NCBI GenBank assembly: GCA_964016885.1
Contig: OZ024742.1
Location: 68,882,001 to 68,946,000, forward strand
DNA: 64,000 nt
Reading direction: 5' to 3'
Source of the DNA: Eledone cirrhosa
Lineage: Eukaryota
Shown here: positions 10,963 through 29,139 of the stretch, one piece after another
How the letters are laid out: every line of letters begins with the position of its first letter
Position numbering within the stretch: the stretch's first letter is position 1
Notes under the pieces: model-generated
What the model was told of the DNA's origin: nothing
Databases searched by the model: none
Seen by the model: only the letters and a program-made list of their open reading frames with translations
Translations under genes and position numbers: made by a program

Positions 10963-12875
10963 ACAGTTGCGTTTATCTTGCTTTATGTTCATACGAGTTA
11001 TCACCAAGTCACAACCAGTGACCTCAAGAGACAACAAGGTCCGCCATGTTCAAGAAAGAACATACATACTCACACATGCATGTTTAGTGTTTAGACTTGT
11101 GATGTACTTATATTGACAGAATCTTCCTTAGTATATGGGCAGTTCCCATTAGTACTATCTTTTGTGTTTCTCCTATACGCGGGTTTCCTGGGATTTGCGA
11201 TAAGTAATCATTAGACCCCTTAGGTATCATTCCCAGAGCGCCTACAACCACTGGTATTGTTTTAGTTCTCAATTTCCACATTTTTCCAATTTCTATCTCC
11301 AGGTCCTTATACTTGCTCAATTTTTCAAATGTTTTTATAGATACATTCTTGTCTATTGGAACAGACATATCAATTAGCAGGCATACCCTCTTTTTAAAGA
11401 CCTTCAGTATTATATCAGGTCTATTTGCATCTATTTTTCGGTCTGTTTGGATGCTAAAGTTCCACAAGATTGAGATGTGATCTTTTTCAAGTATGGGAGG
11501 TGGTTGATGCTCCCACCAATTCCTTTGATGGGGCAGGTCAAAATGCTTACACATTATCCAATGTATGTATTGTGCAGCTCTGTCATGCCTGTTTAAGTAT
11601 TCGGTTGGAGCTATAGGACTGCACATTGAAATTTTATGGTCAATGGTCTCTGGTTGTTTTTTGCATATACGGCATAATGGGCTGCATCCATTTTTTATTA
11701 TGTTGGCTTGGTAATTTTTTGTTGGCAGACACTGATCTTGTGCTGATATAATCAGTCCTTCAGTCTCCGATTTCAGTCCAGAGGATGCCAACCACTGATG
11801 GGTTAAAGTTTTGTCAACATCAGGATTGTTAGCTCGCTCTGGGTATTTTCCATACAGAGGCTTTTCTTGCCATTTCTTAGCCAGTTTCTGTAGCAGTTCT
11901 TTCTTTCCAGTTACTTTTACCTGCTTTGCTTTTTCTGTGTTTTCCATTTCAGCAGTAAATGGGACTTCTGAAATTTGTAGTCCATTACTGTATCTTTGTG
12001 CATCTTTTGTAATGGAATATTATCTTTTGATGCTTTCGTGTTTCAAAACGAGTTTTATCATCCAATCATGTGATTCCCTTAGATATGTAGATAATCCAAT
12101 TGTTGCAGTTTTCAACGCAATGTCTAACTGGATTAACCCACGTCCTCCTTCTTTCCTAGGGAGATATATTCTATCTATATCTGCCTTAGGGTGATGCATT
12201 CTGTGCATGGTTAAGAATTTTCGAATTTTTGTATCGAGCCTACGGATCTCTGTGCTTGACCAGTTGATGACATTGTAACTGTAGGTTACTACTGGTATGG
12301 CAAGCGTGTTTATGGCATCGATCCTATTCCTTGCATTCAATTCCGTTCTTAAGATTGCTCTTACTCTGCGGTAACATTCCTTCCTTATCCTTTCCCTCAT
12401 TGTCGAGTGCTTGATTCCGTCTCCTTCACAAACACCTAGATATTTGTAAGTTTTTTCTTGATCAAGTTCTCTTATCACGTTCCCCCGATCAAGATTAATG
12501 TCTGAACTCTTCAGCAGCTTTCCTCTGGTGAACGTTGCTTTGGCGCATTTATCTAGTCCAAACTCCATTTTAATGTCATCACTGAACTGCCCCACAGTGG
12601 ATAATAGCCCTTGCAATTGTTCATCATTCTTTGCAAATAGTTTCAGGTCATCCATGTAGAACAAGTGATTAATGGTTTTGTCATAGACTTTATATCCATG
12701 TTTTGTTTCATTGAGCATTTTACTTAATGGTATAAGTGCGATGCAGAATAAAAGCGGTGATAAAGAGTTACCCTGAACAATTCCACAATTAATATTAACT
12801 TCTCCAGCTTCCAGTGATTTTGTTTCACTATTCAAAAGGAGTGTCGTTTTCCATGTCTTCATACTGAATGACAAA
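10963..12875 (-). mobile_element. 5'-truncated R4/Dong element flanked by (TAA)n on both sides
   Basis: GIVQGNSLSP, FYMDDLK, CRIC..ETIDHKISMC, RHD, RPDII, K.SKY; stop at 12020; (ATT)n at ~10948-10963 and 12876-12949. Confidence 0.9.
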
Positions 12876-12949
<74 letters not shown>

Positions 12950-13007
12950 CCTCGACACAGAGTACTCATAACTTCTAGGTGGATTACCTTAAACGATACC
13001 TTGTTAT

Positions 13008-13049
<42 letters not shown>

Positions 13050-13179
13050 TACCAACTCAAACCAAACAGTGAGTGTGTTCTGTTATTATTTCTGGCAATA
13101 TTATAACAATATGACTCTCCCCAAGTAAAACAGTATTTGTTTCGACACACGATTTCATATAAAAAACCTTGCAAAACAA

Positions 13180-13268
<89 letters not shown>

Positions 13269-13458
13269 GATAAATCTACCAAGAGTTTACGGTAGTGTCC
13301 AATCCGTATGAAGAACTCAATGTATTCCGGATATCATGGAAAGAAGAGATGTAATGAAAATCCAATTTCGGTGAAAGATAAACGGTATACAGAGTCAAGA
13401 TAAAATATTAAACAAATAATGAACAAACAATTCCTTATATTAAACAAAAAAAGTTCAC

Positions 13459-13603
13459 TATTTAACGATCGTTTCTAGGGTATATATGTGCTATAATTGG
13501 TATGCATATTTAACAGATCTATGTATAAAATTATACAAAATTATACAAATTATCAAGATTAAATATACATACCTAACTCATATATACGCCGTCCTCAGAA
13601 ATA
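13459..13603 (-). ncRNA. Type I hammerhead ribozyme, mirror copy in the palindrome
   Basis: Reverse complement of 13609-13753. Confidence 0.72.
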
Positions 13604-13608
13604 ATGAT

Positions 13609-13753
13609 TATTTCTGAGGACGGCGTATATATGAGTTAGGTATGTATATTTAATCTTGATAATTTGTATAATTTTGTATAATTTTATACATAGATCTGTT
13701 AAATATGCATACCAATTATAGCACATATATACCCTAGAAACGATCGTTAAATA
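13609..13753 (+). ncRNA. Type I hammerhead ribozyme with ~115-nt helix II region
   Basis: tattt-CTGAGGA-(cggcgtatatatg...catatatacccta)-GAAA-cgatcg-TT-aaata. Confidence 0.72.
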
Positions 13754-13803
13754 GTGAACTTTTTTTGTTTAATATAAGGAATTGTTTGTTCATTATTTGT
13801 TTA

Positions 13804-13858
<55 letters not shown>

Positions 13859-13900
13859 GATATATTAACAAATGGAAACTATATTTATAAAACCATATTT

Positions 13901-13963
13901 ATTTCATTATACATATTTCAAGGACACTAAGTTAAATTGTGGTGTGCTTTCATCAGATAAAAT
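13901..13963 (-). ncRNA. Type I hammerhead ribozyme
   Basis: Minus strand: attttat-CTGATGA-aagcacac...gtgtcctt-GAAA-tatgta-TA-atgaaat, ~45 nt from (TA)n. Confidence 0.78.
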
Positions 13964-14429
13964 ATAATATAGATCAGTTTTATAAATAAATATTGACATA
14001 CCCTTAAAGATGCGACCATTTATATATATGACCGGGAAGGCTTCAGACTACTGGAATTATGTGATGCCAATGACCTATTTATCTGTAACACGAACTTCAG
14101 AAAATGTGACAGTCACATAATAACATACAGATCAGGTGACCTCGCCCGCCAAATTGATTTCATTGTTACTAGAAGACGAGACAGAGTGATTGTTAGGAAC
14201 ACAAAGTCCCCCTCAGTGAAGAATGCACCTGCCAACATAACTTACAGTTTTACAGAATACTCGCCCTCTATTACTCTCAGGCCGAGGCTTATACCTAGTA
14301 GGCAACGCCTACTTCAACCTTCTCCCCTCCCATTCACCTCCCTTAGCAGTAACCATACCTCCCATATTACCCTGTCCACAATTTCCCCAAGTTTCCTCTC
14401 CCCTCCCTATTCCCAAGGCAAAAGTGCCC

Positions 14430-14830
14430 TGGCCCCACTGTAAAGTGGTCGTGTCGAAGACATGACAAAGGTGCCCAGCCCACACTGTAAAGTGGTCCAG
14501 TAAGTGTCATGACAAAAAGTGCCCAGCCCACACTGTAATGTGGTCGTGTAGGTGACACGACAAAAAGCACCCAGCATACATTGTGAATGTGGTTTGCGGT
14601 AGGAAGGGCGCCCAGCTGCAGAAACCAATCCAAAATATACCCCGGGTGAGCTAAACTTGGTCCTCTGACCGGTGTTTTCCCTAAGGGTCAATCCGTCCTA
14701 CCCATGAATGATGGACGCTAATCGATAGGTTGATGAAATATTTATGTGTATATATATATATATGAAGTGTGTATGTATATGTATGATATGTGTATGTATA
14801 TTACATATATATGGTATATGTATATGCACG

Positions 14831-14903
<73 letters not shown>

Positions 14904-15215
14904 TTATGTGTGTGTTTATGTGTGTGTGTGTGTGTGTGTATCATTATCATGATATGTGCATGTATGTATATATATATATGTGTATATTATGCTGGCACCA
15001 GAAAATATCTAGCCCACACTGTAAAGTCATCGTGTAGCTGACACAACAAAAAGCACACATTGTGAATGTGGTTTGCGTTAGGAAGGGCATCCTACCACAG
15101 AAAACCAGCCAGAAACATTCATATATGAGCGAGACACGGTCACCCGACCCAACTTGCCTCTAAATGGGACAATCCCGTCTAACCCGTTCTAGCGTGGAAG
15201 ATAGACGTTAATCGA
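14430..15215 (+). mobile_element. Two partial copies of a SINE-like repeat with ~47-bp tandem subunits, split by a TA/TG microsatellite
   Basis: Repeated cccacactgtaaagtggtc units and shared aaaaagcac...tgtgaatgtggtttgcg.taggaagggc at ~14560-14610 and ~15045-15090. Confidence 0.6.
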
Positions 15216-15219
15216 TAAT

Positions 15220-15392
15220 TGTTTCTACTTTAGGCACAAGGCCAGCAATTACTGGTACTTTATTTTATCGACCCCATAAGGATGAAAGGCAAAGTCAACC
15301 TCGGCGGGATTTGAACTCAGATCGTAAAGGGACGTAACTATGCTGGAAAGCATGGCGTCCGACCCTCTACCGATACTGCCAATCCACCGCCC
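15220..15392 (-). mobile_element. tRNA-derived SINE with 18-bp TSD
   Basis: B-box-like gagttcaaatcc and ctttcatcctt.ggggtcgataaa core; TSD tagacgttaatcgataat at 15202-15219 and 15393-15410. Confidence 0.88.
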
Positions 15393-15656
15393 TAGACGTT
15401 AATCGATAATGATGATGATAATGTATATATATATAGTGGTTGTGGGGTGAGTTTAATGAGGTGTAAGATACATGTCTCTTGATAAGGATGGGATGACAAC
15501 AAAGAAAAAAATAGGATAGTTTTGGAATATTTGTTAGAAATGTATGTTGTTGATATTGGTTTGGGAGGGGAAGGGTGTGTGTGTGTGTGTGTGTGTGGAA
15601 GGGGGCATGCTAGATCTCATATTCACTTCCCTTCATGTAAACATACTTACAGACAA

Positions 15657-16792
15657 ATAGGAAAAAGTATGACCCCGACGGCAGAGCTCAAGCCGTTTCG
15701 ACGGCTATTTCTGGACTAAATTAGAATGTTTAGCCTGGTGAATAAATAGCCGAACTTGCCAAGGGGGTACTTCCTTATATGGGAAGATTGTAGTTGTCAA
15801 GAGGATTGGTTTACATTTGTTGTAAACACAAATAAGTCTATCATGGCATTTGGTGGAGGTAGGGGTGGCTGAACTTGCCTGTAGAACAATAGGGGAGTGA
15901 GTGGAGCGGACAAGCGTTGAAAGTGATATGTATACAACAGATTCTAAGGATAGTGTATGAAGTGGAGGAGGGAGGTTATAGAATAGATAAATCGAATGAG
16001 AGTAGGAGACAATAAAAGATAATAGAAATAAATAAAAAAATATATAAAATTAGATAGTGAGAAATGAATTTAAAAAATCACAATGCTATCTTACAATTAC
16101 AGGTTAATAAGTTGAGAATAGAAAAAAACTTGTAGAAATTGAGTAGTACCAGAACTGATACAGAATTAAAGGGGTTTAACACGTTTGCTATAAGTAGTTA
16201 GTAAAACGTATTCGGCCAGTTCTATCTTAAAATTACAGGGGTGGGGGAATTGATGCTACAGCAGACGTGATAAACCCCTTTAATTTTGTATCAGTTCTGG
16301 TACTACTCAATTTCTACAAGTTTTTTCTATTCTCAACTTATTAACCTGTAATTGTAAGATAGCATTGAGGTTTTTTAAATTCATTTCTCACTATCTAATT
16401 TTATATATTTTTTTAATTTCTTTCTATTATCTTTTATTGTCTCCTACTCTCATCCGATTTACCTATTCTATAACCTCCCTCCTCCACTTCATACACTATC
16501 CTTAGAATCTGCTGTATACATATCACCTTCAACGCTTGACCGCTCCACTCACTCCCCTATTGTTCTACAGGCAAGTTCAGCCACCCCTACCTCCACCAAA
16601 TGCCATGATAGACTTATTTGTGTTTACAACAAATGTAAACCAATCCTCTTGACAACTACAATCTTCCCATATAAGGAAGTACCCCCTTGGCAAGTTCGGC
16701 TATTTATTCACCAGGCTAAAAATTCTAATTTAGTCCAGAAATAGCCGTCGAAACGGCTTGAGCTCTGCCGTCGGAGTCATACTTTTTCCTAT
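15657..16792. repeat. Long inverted repeat, 522-bp arms with 92-bp spacer
   Basis: 15657-16178 is a near-identical reverse complement of 16271-16792; hammerhead-like fold near each outer end; right end abuts (TA)n. Confidence 0.92.
16681..16777 (+). ncRNA. Hammerhead-like fold with non-consensus core (mirror at 15672-15768, minus)
   Basis: acccc(c)-TTGGCAA-gttcggctattt...aaatagccgtc-GAAA-cggc..gccg-TC-ggagt; relative at 37089-37184. Confidence 0.45.
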
Positions 16793-17504
16793 ATATATAT
16801 ACACACAACCATATATATATATATATATATACACCTACATACACACACACATACATATATTTACACATATATGCATATACACACACATATATATATATAC
16901 ATGAAAAAATGGGGAGAAGAATACTGCAGGTTGCACATGGATAACATGTAATAAAATAAGTCCCTCATCAGTGATTTGCCGACGATCATAGATATTTCAT
17001 TGCATTAAAAATCATATACCTCACGTCGGTGCAATAATAACTAAATTAAGTTATTAGGACAATTAAAACGCGTAAAGCGAGTGAGACAAGATAACAACAA
17101 AGAGGAGAGCTAACCGTAGAAGGAAGGGAACAAGCTTCATAGTTATTCTTTTAGCATAAGCTAGGTGAATATATGAGCGCTTAGAAAAAAGATCTTTCGG
17201 GAACGAATCCAAATGTGAGAAAGAGAGAAAATGTTTTCGTCACGAACGGGGTGAAGTGAGAAGAGGAGAAACAGTGAGTGAGTGAGTGGAAGTGTGAGGA
17301 AGAGTTAACTGACATGACAGAGGGGGCGAAAGAAAGTAGGAGAAACAGAGAGAACGAGGGAGCAGTAAAAGAGAGAGAGAGAGAAAAAAACAGAATCGCA
17401 GTTTAGGTAAATATATGTGAAAAAATGGGGAGAAGAATACTGCAGATACATATATATACATATGTATATGTATTTATGTGTGCATGTTGTGTGTATATAT
17501 ATAA

Positions 17505-17615
<111 letters not shown>

Positions 17616-17990
17616 CACACAACATGCACGCATACATACACACATGTATACACATACCTGTACACCTACAGACATACACACATACACATCTACACACACA
17701 TATGTATACACATCTACTCAATTATTTATGTTCACATATACATTGGGGTGAGGAAGGGGGAATTAATGAAATGGTAGTGTACCTCCGAGGGTTGTTCTCT
17801 TCAACGATCGCATGTTTGAAAGTGCGAGTGACTTCCACTTCTATTTGGATATTTTTCTTTTTCCAATATGTGATGTATGTATGTATGTATGTATGTATGT
17901 ATGTATGTATGTATGTATGTATGTATGTATGTATGTATGTATGTATGTATGTATGTATGTATGTATGCATGTATGTATGTATGTATGTAT

Positions 17991-18506
17991 GTTTCTTGGT
18001 GAGGAGGCTGACTTTGGACATTCTGCAGGACTAAAAACAAAACCTGTCAAAGAGCAAAGGAGCTCTTAAGAGTCAATGGCCATCCAAAATCACCGGGAGA
18101 GATGACCCCTTAGCCTTTGTCAAGGAAGAATTCTAGGAGAAAGAAAACTCTGATATAACACCTGCAACCCTGATGGTATCCAATGATGTTGACTTGTTCT
18201 TCTTTTTGGTAAATATCATCTTGGTTAAGAGAGTGGGACTGGCTTTGTGCAGTGCCTTTGCTCACTATAAAAGCTTCACAACACAGGCATTGCTTTATAT
18301 CTGGAGATCTCTCTGCACTTGTCGTTACATGGTACCATGGGCCCAGCACTATGTGTCAATAATTGTCACAAGTGTAGTGTTTGTACCAGAGTTTTCAAGT
18401 CGCTGGCTAGACTAAAAAGTCACACTCGTTCAGCGCATCGGTAGGGGTTCTCCTACATGGATATAAAGTAGTGGCCGTACTCGAAAACGAGTTGGCAGCC
18501 ACCATC
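17991..18506 (+). mobile_element. 3' fragment of an RTE-like LINE embedded in (ATGT)n
   Basis: Terminal C2H2 finger HKCSVCTRVFKSLARLKSHTRSAHR-stop near 18367-18444; (TGTA)n on both sides; related 3' end at ~39300-39450 (-). Confidence 0.6.
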
Positions 18507-18578
18507 TATGTATGTATGTATGTATGTATGTATGTATGTATGTATAAATATACAAATATATATATATATATTTGTATG

Positions 18579-18705
<127 letters not shown>

Positions 18706-18783
18706 ATACAGAAATAACAACACAATCGGTACAGTATATGGAAGGGATATATTAGATTAACGCTTGATATAGCAGGAAGAGGG

Positions 18784-18819
18784 CCTTAACGTTTCGGACG
18801 CTAGTCCTTCATCAGAAGA
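18784..18819 (-). ncRNA. Minimal type I hammerhead ribozyme
   Basis: Minus strand: tctt-CTGATGA-a-ggac-tagc-gtcc-GAAA-cg-TT-aagg. Confidence 0.6.
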
Positions 18820-18917
18820 AAGAATGAGAAATAAGATAGATTGAGGGGACGGGCGGGATGGAATTGGAAAAAATGTCTTTAGATAAAAATAACAGGTCCA
18901 TTCATGTTGACACCTCT

Positions 18918-18999
<82 letters not shown>

Positions 19000-20726
19000 T
19001 AATATATATAGAGCTGATACTTCCAACAATTTTGATATTACAATGGGTGCTTCCGATTCATCGCAATTAACGGACTTGATTGGTATCTTTATTTTGAATT
19101 CTTTAAATCGGAAAATTCCTCAACTTCGCGGTGGAATTTATCGTGACGATGCCCTTTTTACTGTCTTAAACTGTAACCTAGTTAACCTTAATATTATTAA
19201 GAACAATATACTTGATCTATTTAAGCACCATAATCTTAAAATTGAATTTGATAACAACGTCAAACTAGCTAATTTCTTGGATATATCCCTTAATCTTGAC
19301 ACTGGCCTATATTACCCTTACCATAAAAACAATGAAAATCTAAATTATGTTAACTTTAAATCTAATCACCCCACTACGTCAAGAATGCTATAGTCAGTAA
19401 TATTGAAAAAAGAATCTCAAATCTATCCTCTAATAAAGCTATCTTCGACGCTAATGCCAATTACTATAATAATGCGCTTTCCAAAGCCGGTTATCCTGAT
19501 AAAATTAAATACAGTAAAGAAATCAATCATCGAAGGATTTATAGTAAAACAGTTAATTATGATCATTCAAATAAATTAAATAAAAGACCTAGATACAAAA
19601 ATATGATTTGGTATAATGCTCCTTTTTCTCTATCTATCACTAATAATATTCCTAAACTATTCTTTAGGGCCTTAGATAAATGCTTACCTCCCTCGCATAT
19701 CTATAGTAAAATCTTTAACAAACATACAATTAAATTCTCTTATTCCACCACTTCCAACATCTCTAACATTATCTCTAAACAATAATAAAATATTAAATAA
19801 TAAATTACATCCTTCCAACACTGAACGTCATAATAATAGCAGTAGTATACCCAACGTCAACATTAATTCTAGGATAGATTCAATAAATTTAAATACGACG
19901 TCAAACGTAACTTCGTTGATTGTTTATAATACCAATCTAAATCAGGAAACTATAGTTCCTATCGTAAATAACTTCTCCAATCCAAATCCTCCATAAATAA
20001 TACTAGGTCACTTGTTAATAACTCTGTTAATTTCTCTAATCGTAATTGTAATTGCTCTGTTAGATCTAAATGTCCTCTTAATAACCAATGTCTTGACAAA
20101 AACTTAGTGTATGAATGTAAGGTTATAACTGGTACTAATTCTTTTACCTATTTCGGTTCCACTTCCACTTCCTTTAAAGCAAGATTTTATAATCACAAAT
20201 CGTCTTTTAAATACCAACTCAAAAGAAGTAACACGGCACTCTCGGAACTCATATGGTCCTTAAAAGACAAAAATATTAACTATAACATCTCTTGGGGGAA
20301 GGTTTGCAACGCTTTTCCCTACCAGATTTCTTCCCTATCCAGAACATGTAATCTCTGCGTAGCTGAGAAATTTACCATTATATCTAATTTTAATTCTATA
20401 ATAAATAGACGTACGGATTTATTCTCGCTCTGCTTGCATAAATCCCTTAGAATTTTCCATAAAGTATACAGCTAATATCTCAATACATATTTAGTCTAAA
20501 ATCTTTTTCTCAAAGGCTTTTATATCTATTACAAATATACCCATCTTTCTACCTTATTTCGGTATATTATATTATACAATTTATTCATTCTATATCGTTA
20601 GAGGTCCCCTATTTCTCTTCTTTTATCCTTTTCTTTTCTTCCCTTTTTTCTTTTTAATTTCTAATCTTTAATCTGTAACTTTTACTTCCCAATTACTTCT
20701 CAATTCATATTATTACTCACTACAGC

Positions 20727-20908
20727 GGTGGATTGGCAGTATCGGTAGAGGGTCGGACGCCATGCTTTCCAGCATAGTTACGTCCCTTTACGGTCTGAGT
20801 TCAAATCCCGCCGAGGTTAACTTTGCCTTTCATCCTTACGGGGTCGATAAAAATAAAGTACCAGTAATGTACTGGGTAATTGATGGCCTTGTGCTAAAAG
20901 TGGAAACA
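20727..20908 (+). mobile_element. tRNA-derived SINE with 18-bp TSD, inserted in the Penelope 3' region
   Basis: Same family as 15220-15392; TSD attattactcactacagc at 20709-20726 and 20909-20926. Confidence 0.88.
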
Positions 20909-21646
20909 ATTATTACTCACTACAGCATTTTCCATTTTTCCATTTTTCCATTTGGCTGTAGAAACTATATTTTTTAATACATAATAATATTACTATTAGA
21001 AATTTTTGTAAACATATATACCTTTTGACGTTAGATATTTTTTCTTCCTTAAATTTTCTTTTTCTTCTCTCCTTCCGCGCTCGTTTTAAACCTATTATTT
21101 ACTTTTACATATTACAATACATAAAAACAAACTTAAACCCTAACTAATTCCTCTAAGTTCATAATTCATTTATTCTTCTCCTTCTTTCACATTATATCCT
21201 TAATATCCTTAATATTTTTATTCTAATAATACATGTTAATAAATTCTTTTTTTTCCGCACGTATTATTAAACCCTTCAATATATAAACCTTTAATACTAT
21301 TCCTAATTCCTTTTCTTTAATCATAAACATCAACATCCATAAACCTCTTTAACTTTTAATTTCAAAATCTTTTTAAATTATCTATTATCTTCCAACGGTT
21401 TTTTAATTTCTCTCTGTGAAACAATGTTTTCTCTCTCTCTCTATCACTCATTTCTCCTCCTCTCTCATCCTTCCTTCCTATACTCCTCCCACTTCATCCT
21501 TTATTTTCTTTCTTCCTCTTCCTTACCATCTCCTACCCTCCTCCTTTTTTTCCCAATCTCATAAATCCATCTTACTTTATTTTTCATATGTTGATTTAAA
21601 ACTTCACTGCTCACAAGTGTTTTTTAAGCTTCATATCATGTTTCCC

Positions 21647-21717
21647 TATTTTATCTGATGAAAACACAAATATCATCCCATGATGATACTTGTTTTTGAA
21701 ATGCGCATAATAAAATA
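21647..21717 (+). ncRNA. Type I hammerhead ribozyme at the Penelope 3' end
   Basis: tattttat-CTGATGA-aaacacaaatatcat..atgatacttgttttt-GAAA-tgcgca-TA-ataaaata; 8-bp helix I, palindromic helix III. Confidence 0.88.
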
Positions 21718-21752
21718 CTTGGAACACTTTTAACCATCTTTTGATCTTATAT

Positions 21753-22520
<768 letters not shown>

Positions 22521-22553
22521 ATAACCTCTGTTTTGTATAGAACCTTACTCATT

Positions 22554-22594
<41 letters not shown>

Positions 22595-22751
22595 CAAACG
22601 GAATAGAAAATGCTGACAAATTGTTCACAGTTGAAAAATGGTTTAATTAGGAATAAAAGAGTATTAGTGATTGTATGGGTTAGTATTCAGTTGTGGTTTT
22701 AAGTTTTTAAGTTTTTACCGGTTGCGCATTTCTAAATGCTTTTTATTCTTT

Positions 22752-26628
<3,877 letters not shown>

Positions 26629-27013
26629 TATAAAGACCTATAAAGAACTGCAAGGTGACACCTCAACATCATTACCATCACCATTTTAAATTCTACAGTC
26701 CAATTCACTTTGTAGTAGCTTTCGTACAAAACACCACTTTCTAAACTTTACACAATGCTTTACACAATGTATAATACATACAGGAACATTACTAAGTTCT
26801 ATGGTCAACAATATTATATGTTGTTGGTTTTTTTGTTTTTGCTTTTTTACTATTGTTTATTCATTAAGGACAAACATGTCTCTGGAATCTATAAAATATA
26901 AACTTATACACGTTCTCAAGACAAATTTATTTATTAGATATTTTTACATTTTTTTTTAAATTAAATAACTCCAAGTAATATAAAACGGTTTCATGGTTTA
27001 TTTTTACATCTTG

Positions 27014-27329
27014 TTATGAGGTCATTCGTTTTCTCAAACGAAGAAGTAAAAATATTGTTAAACAAATTAGCAAGACACCTAACACGCCAAAGACACTTGA
27101 TAATACACGGAGAAAATGTAACTTTTCTTCATATTGCGTTTTCCTTAACCGCTGACGAAGTAATTCTTTCTTAATTGCTGGAACAAGTCGTCGCCAAAAT
27201 TCCATTCGTCTTGGGTAAAGGTTTCGATCCTGTTCTAAAACAGCACTACTGCTCTCATTGGAGACTTTAATATAGTGCCTGCCTTTTGGTGTGTATGTGA
27301 AGAATCGTTGTGAATCTACCTCGGCTTTG
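27014..27329 (-). CDS. Carboxylesterase (type B) last coding exon with C-terminal transmembrane helix
   Basis: ttttcag-like acceptor, phase matches upstream exon; ..NLYPRRMEFWRRLVP..VLSSVFGVLGVLLICLTIFLLLRLRKRMTS-stop. Confidence 0.88.
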
Positions 27330-27699
27330 CTGAAATATGAATGGATAAAGAAAACGCTGAATCAGAGTAAAGATTGACAAAATCATTTGGGGGTTGGCCG
27401 TTGGTAAAACAATAGGTCATGTAGTAGTAAAAACAACAACAAAAACAACAACAACAAAATAATAATAATGGTTTCTGATTTAGGCACAAGGCCAACAGTT
27501 TTCTGGGGTGGTAAAAGTCGATTAACTCGACCTAGTGCATTACTGCTACTTTATGTTATCGACCCCGTAAGGATGAAAGGCAAAGCTAACCTTGACGAGA
27601 TTTGAACTCTGAACGTAGAATAATAATAAGAACAACAACAATAATAATAATGGTTAACTATTGAGTTTTTCTTTCCAATTGTTGACGGGTAGAAATATC

Positions 27700-28900
27700 T
27701 AAAAATCCTAGAGACTGATAAGACATTGCATTAACCAATCAAAACCAATGTAAAAACAATTTAGAAAAGAACATATCTACACTGGCTAAAACGTCTTTTT
27801 TAGGTCAAAATTGATGTTTTACTGTAAACATTAGGGATGTATCTGTGGTAAGGTACAGTGCTGGGATCTTCAAGTGAACTATGACTGATGTTGATGAGAT
27901 AGACCACAGAACAAGAACAATGATAACTATGTATAAAGTCCTACATCCAAAAGCAAGTGTAAATTAGTTGTACATGAAATGCACAGTTGGTGATGACTGA
28001 TAAATGTTACAGAATATACTAAGAATGAGAAGCGATCCATTAATTACTATCTGATAAAAACTAAGGAAAGTCTTGGACAGTATGCCTCAGCAGTAATGGG
28101 CTTGGGAAAAGAAAAGATGGAAAATAAAGAAGAGTTTAAAAGCCGAGACTTCGCGGAGAAAAGAGAAGCAGTGGTTCGAATAACATTGTAGGACAATTTG
28201 CACAACACACATCTGAATTAAAGACTGAAAGATTTTGATATTGGCCCTCCCGCCATGATCTAAAAAGGGGGTTTGAAAGACTGCTGATCTCAGCCCAATG
28301 CCTATCTTTAAATACTAAGTCAGTCACTAAAGGGATATATATCTTAGCGAAAGTGTAAAGTGTCATCTGTGTGAAATTAATACAAAGACTCTCACCTACA
28401 AAGAATATGAAAGAAGTCATGACAAGGTCTGATGTACTTTCACTAGTGACTCTGTAAACAATATGGATATCAAGCGACCGATATGTGGTATCAGCATGTC
28501 ACAGAAGGTGTGTTTGTTGACAGAGACAAACTCAAGTTACTATGAGACGTAACTATTCAAACGGACCGAGACGTGAAAACAGTAAACAGAATATTGTAGT
28601 TATGTACTGATATAAAAGTGAATACTAAATTATTGCTGTTACTATCCCAGGAGACCACAATACAGCCGTGAAAGAAATCGAAAAACAAATTGAAGATTGA
28701 AATTGCTGGAATGTGGTCAATACAAATTAGTAACATTGAAATAATTCCAGTTGCCTTCGGAGCTTTCGGCACGATACCACTAAAACTGATTGAGTATCTT
28801 AAGCAAATAGACATCGAATCACAAATTGTTCTCCTTCAAAAGACTTCGTTGTTGGACACTGTACATACACTCATGAAATTACGGTCTCTCGAAGATTCTT
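27700..28900 (+). mobile_element. Degenerate R4/Dong fragment
   Basis: Residual VRYSAGI, LHPKA, LLISAQ, IIPVAFGAFGTI motifs with many stops. Confidence 0.7.
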
Positions 28901-29139
28901 GTTTAGACTCGAAAGGCAGTTGAAGATCCAGTAATTATCATATTTATTGTGCAAACCATAAATACTAATTATTTCTTTATAGGCCACTAGGACCGAAACA
29001 TAGAGTACAATATAAAAACAGTGACCGCGGGGATTTACAAATAGTGTAAAATAGTACGCGTAAAAAATGGTAACAGATAACAATTAACAAAAAATTTGTA
29101 ACAACAAAAATTTTGAATAGGTCGACGATGGATTGGCCG

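Larger units (their letters stand above)
13400..13812. repeat. Perfect palindrome, 206-bp arms with a 1-nt spacer (centre 13606)
   Basis: Arms read as reverse complements around ...cctcagaaataat-g-attatttctgagg...; right arm ends in (TA)n. Confidence 0.93.
19010..21752 (+). mobile_element. Penelope-like element (Naiad-type), 5'-truncated and frameshifted, in (TA)n
   Basis: RT FDITMGASDSS, GGIYRDDAL, FLDISL; linker CxCx5Cx5C (CNCSVRSKCPLNNQC); GIY-YIG VYECKV..YFGST..FKARF..H, CNLC; terminal hammerhead. Confidence 0.9.

Noticed and set aside
14430-14580. CRISPR-like spaced repeats
   Set aside because: Whole ~47-bp units are similar to each other (tandem SINE subunits), the context is eukaryotic and no cas genes are present
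16940-16980. CTGATGA on the minus strand as a hammerhead
   Set aside because: No downstream helix II and GAAA
20041-20475. Selenocysteine-encoding Naiad
   Set aside because: Conserved Cys positions here and at 62120-62215 use TGT/TGC; no in-frame TGA seen
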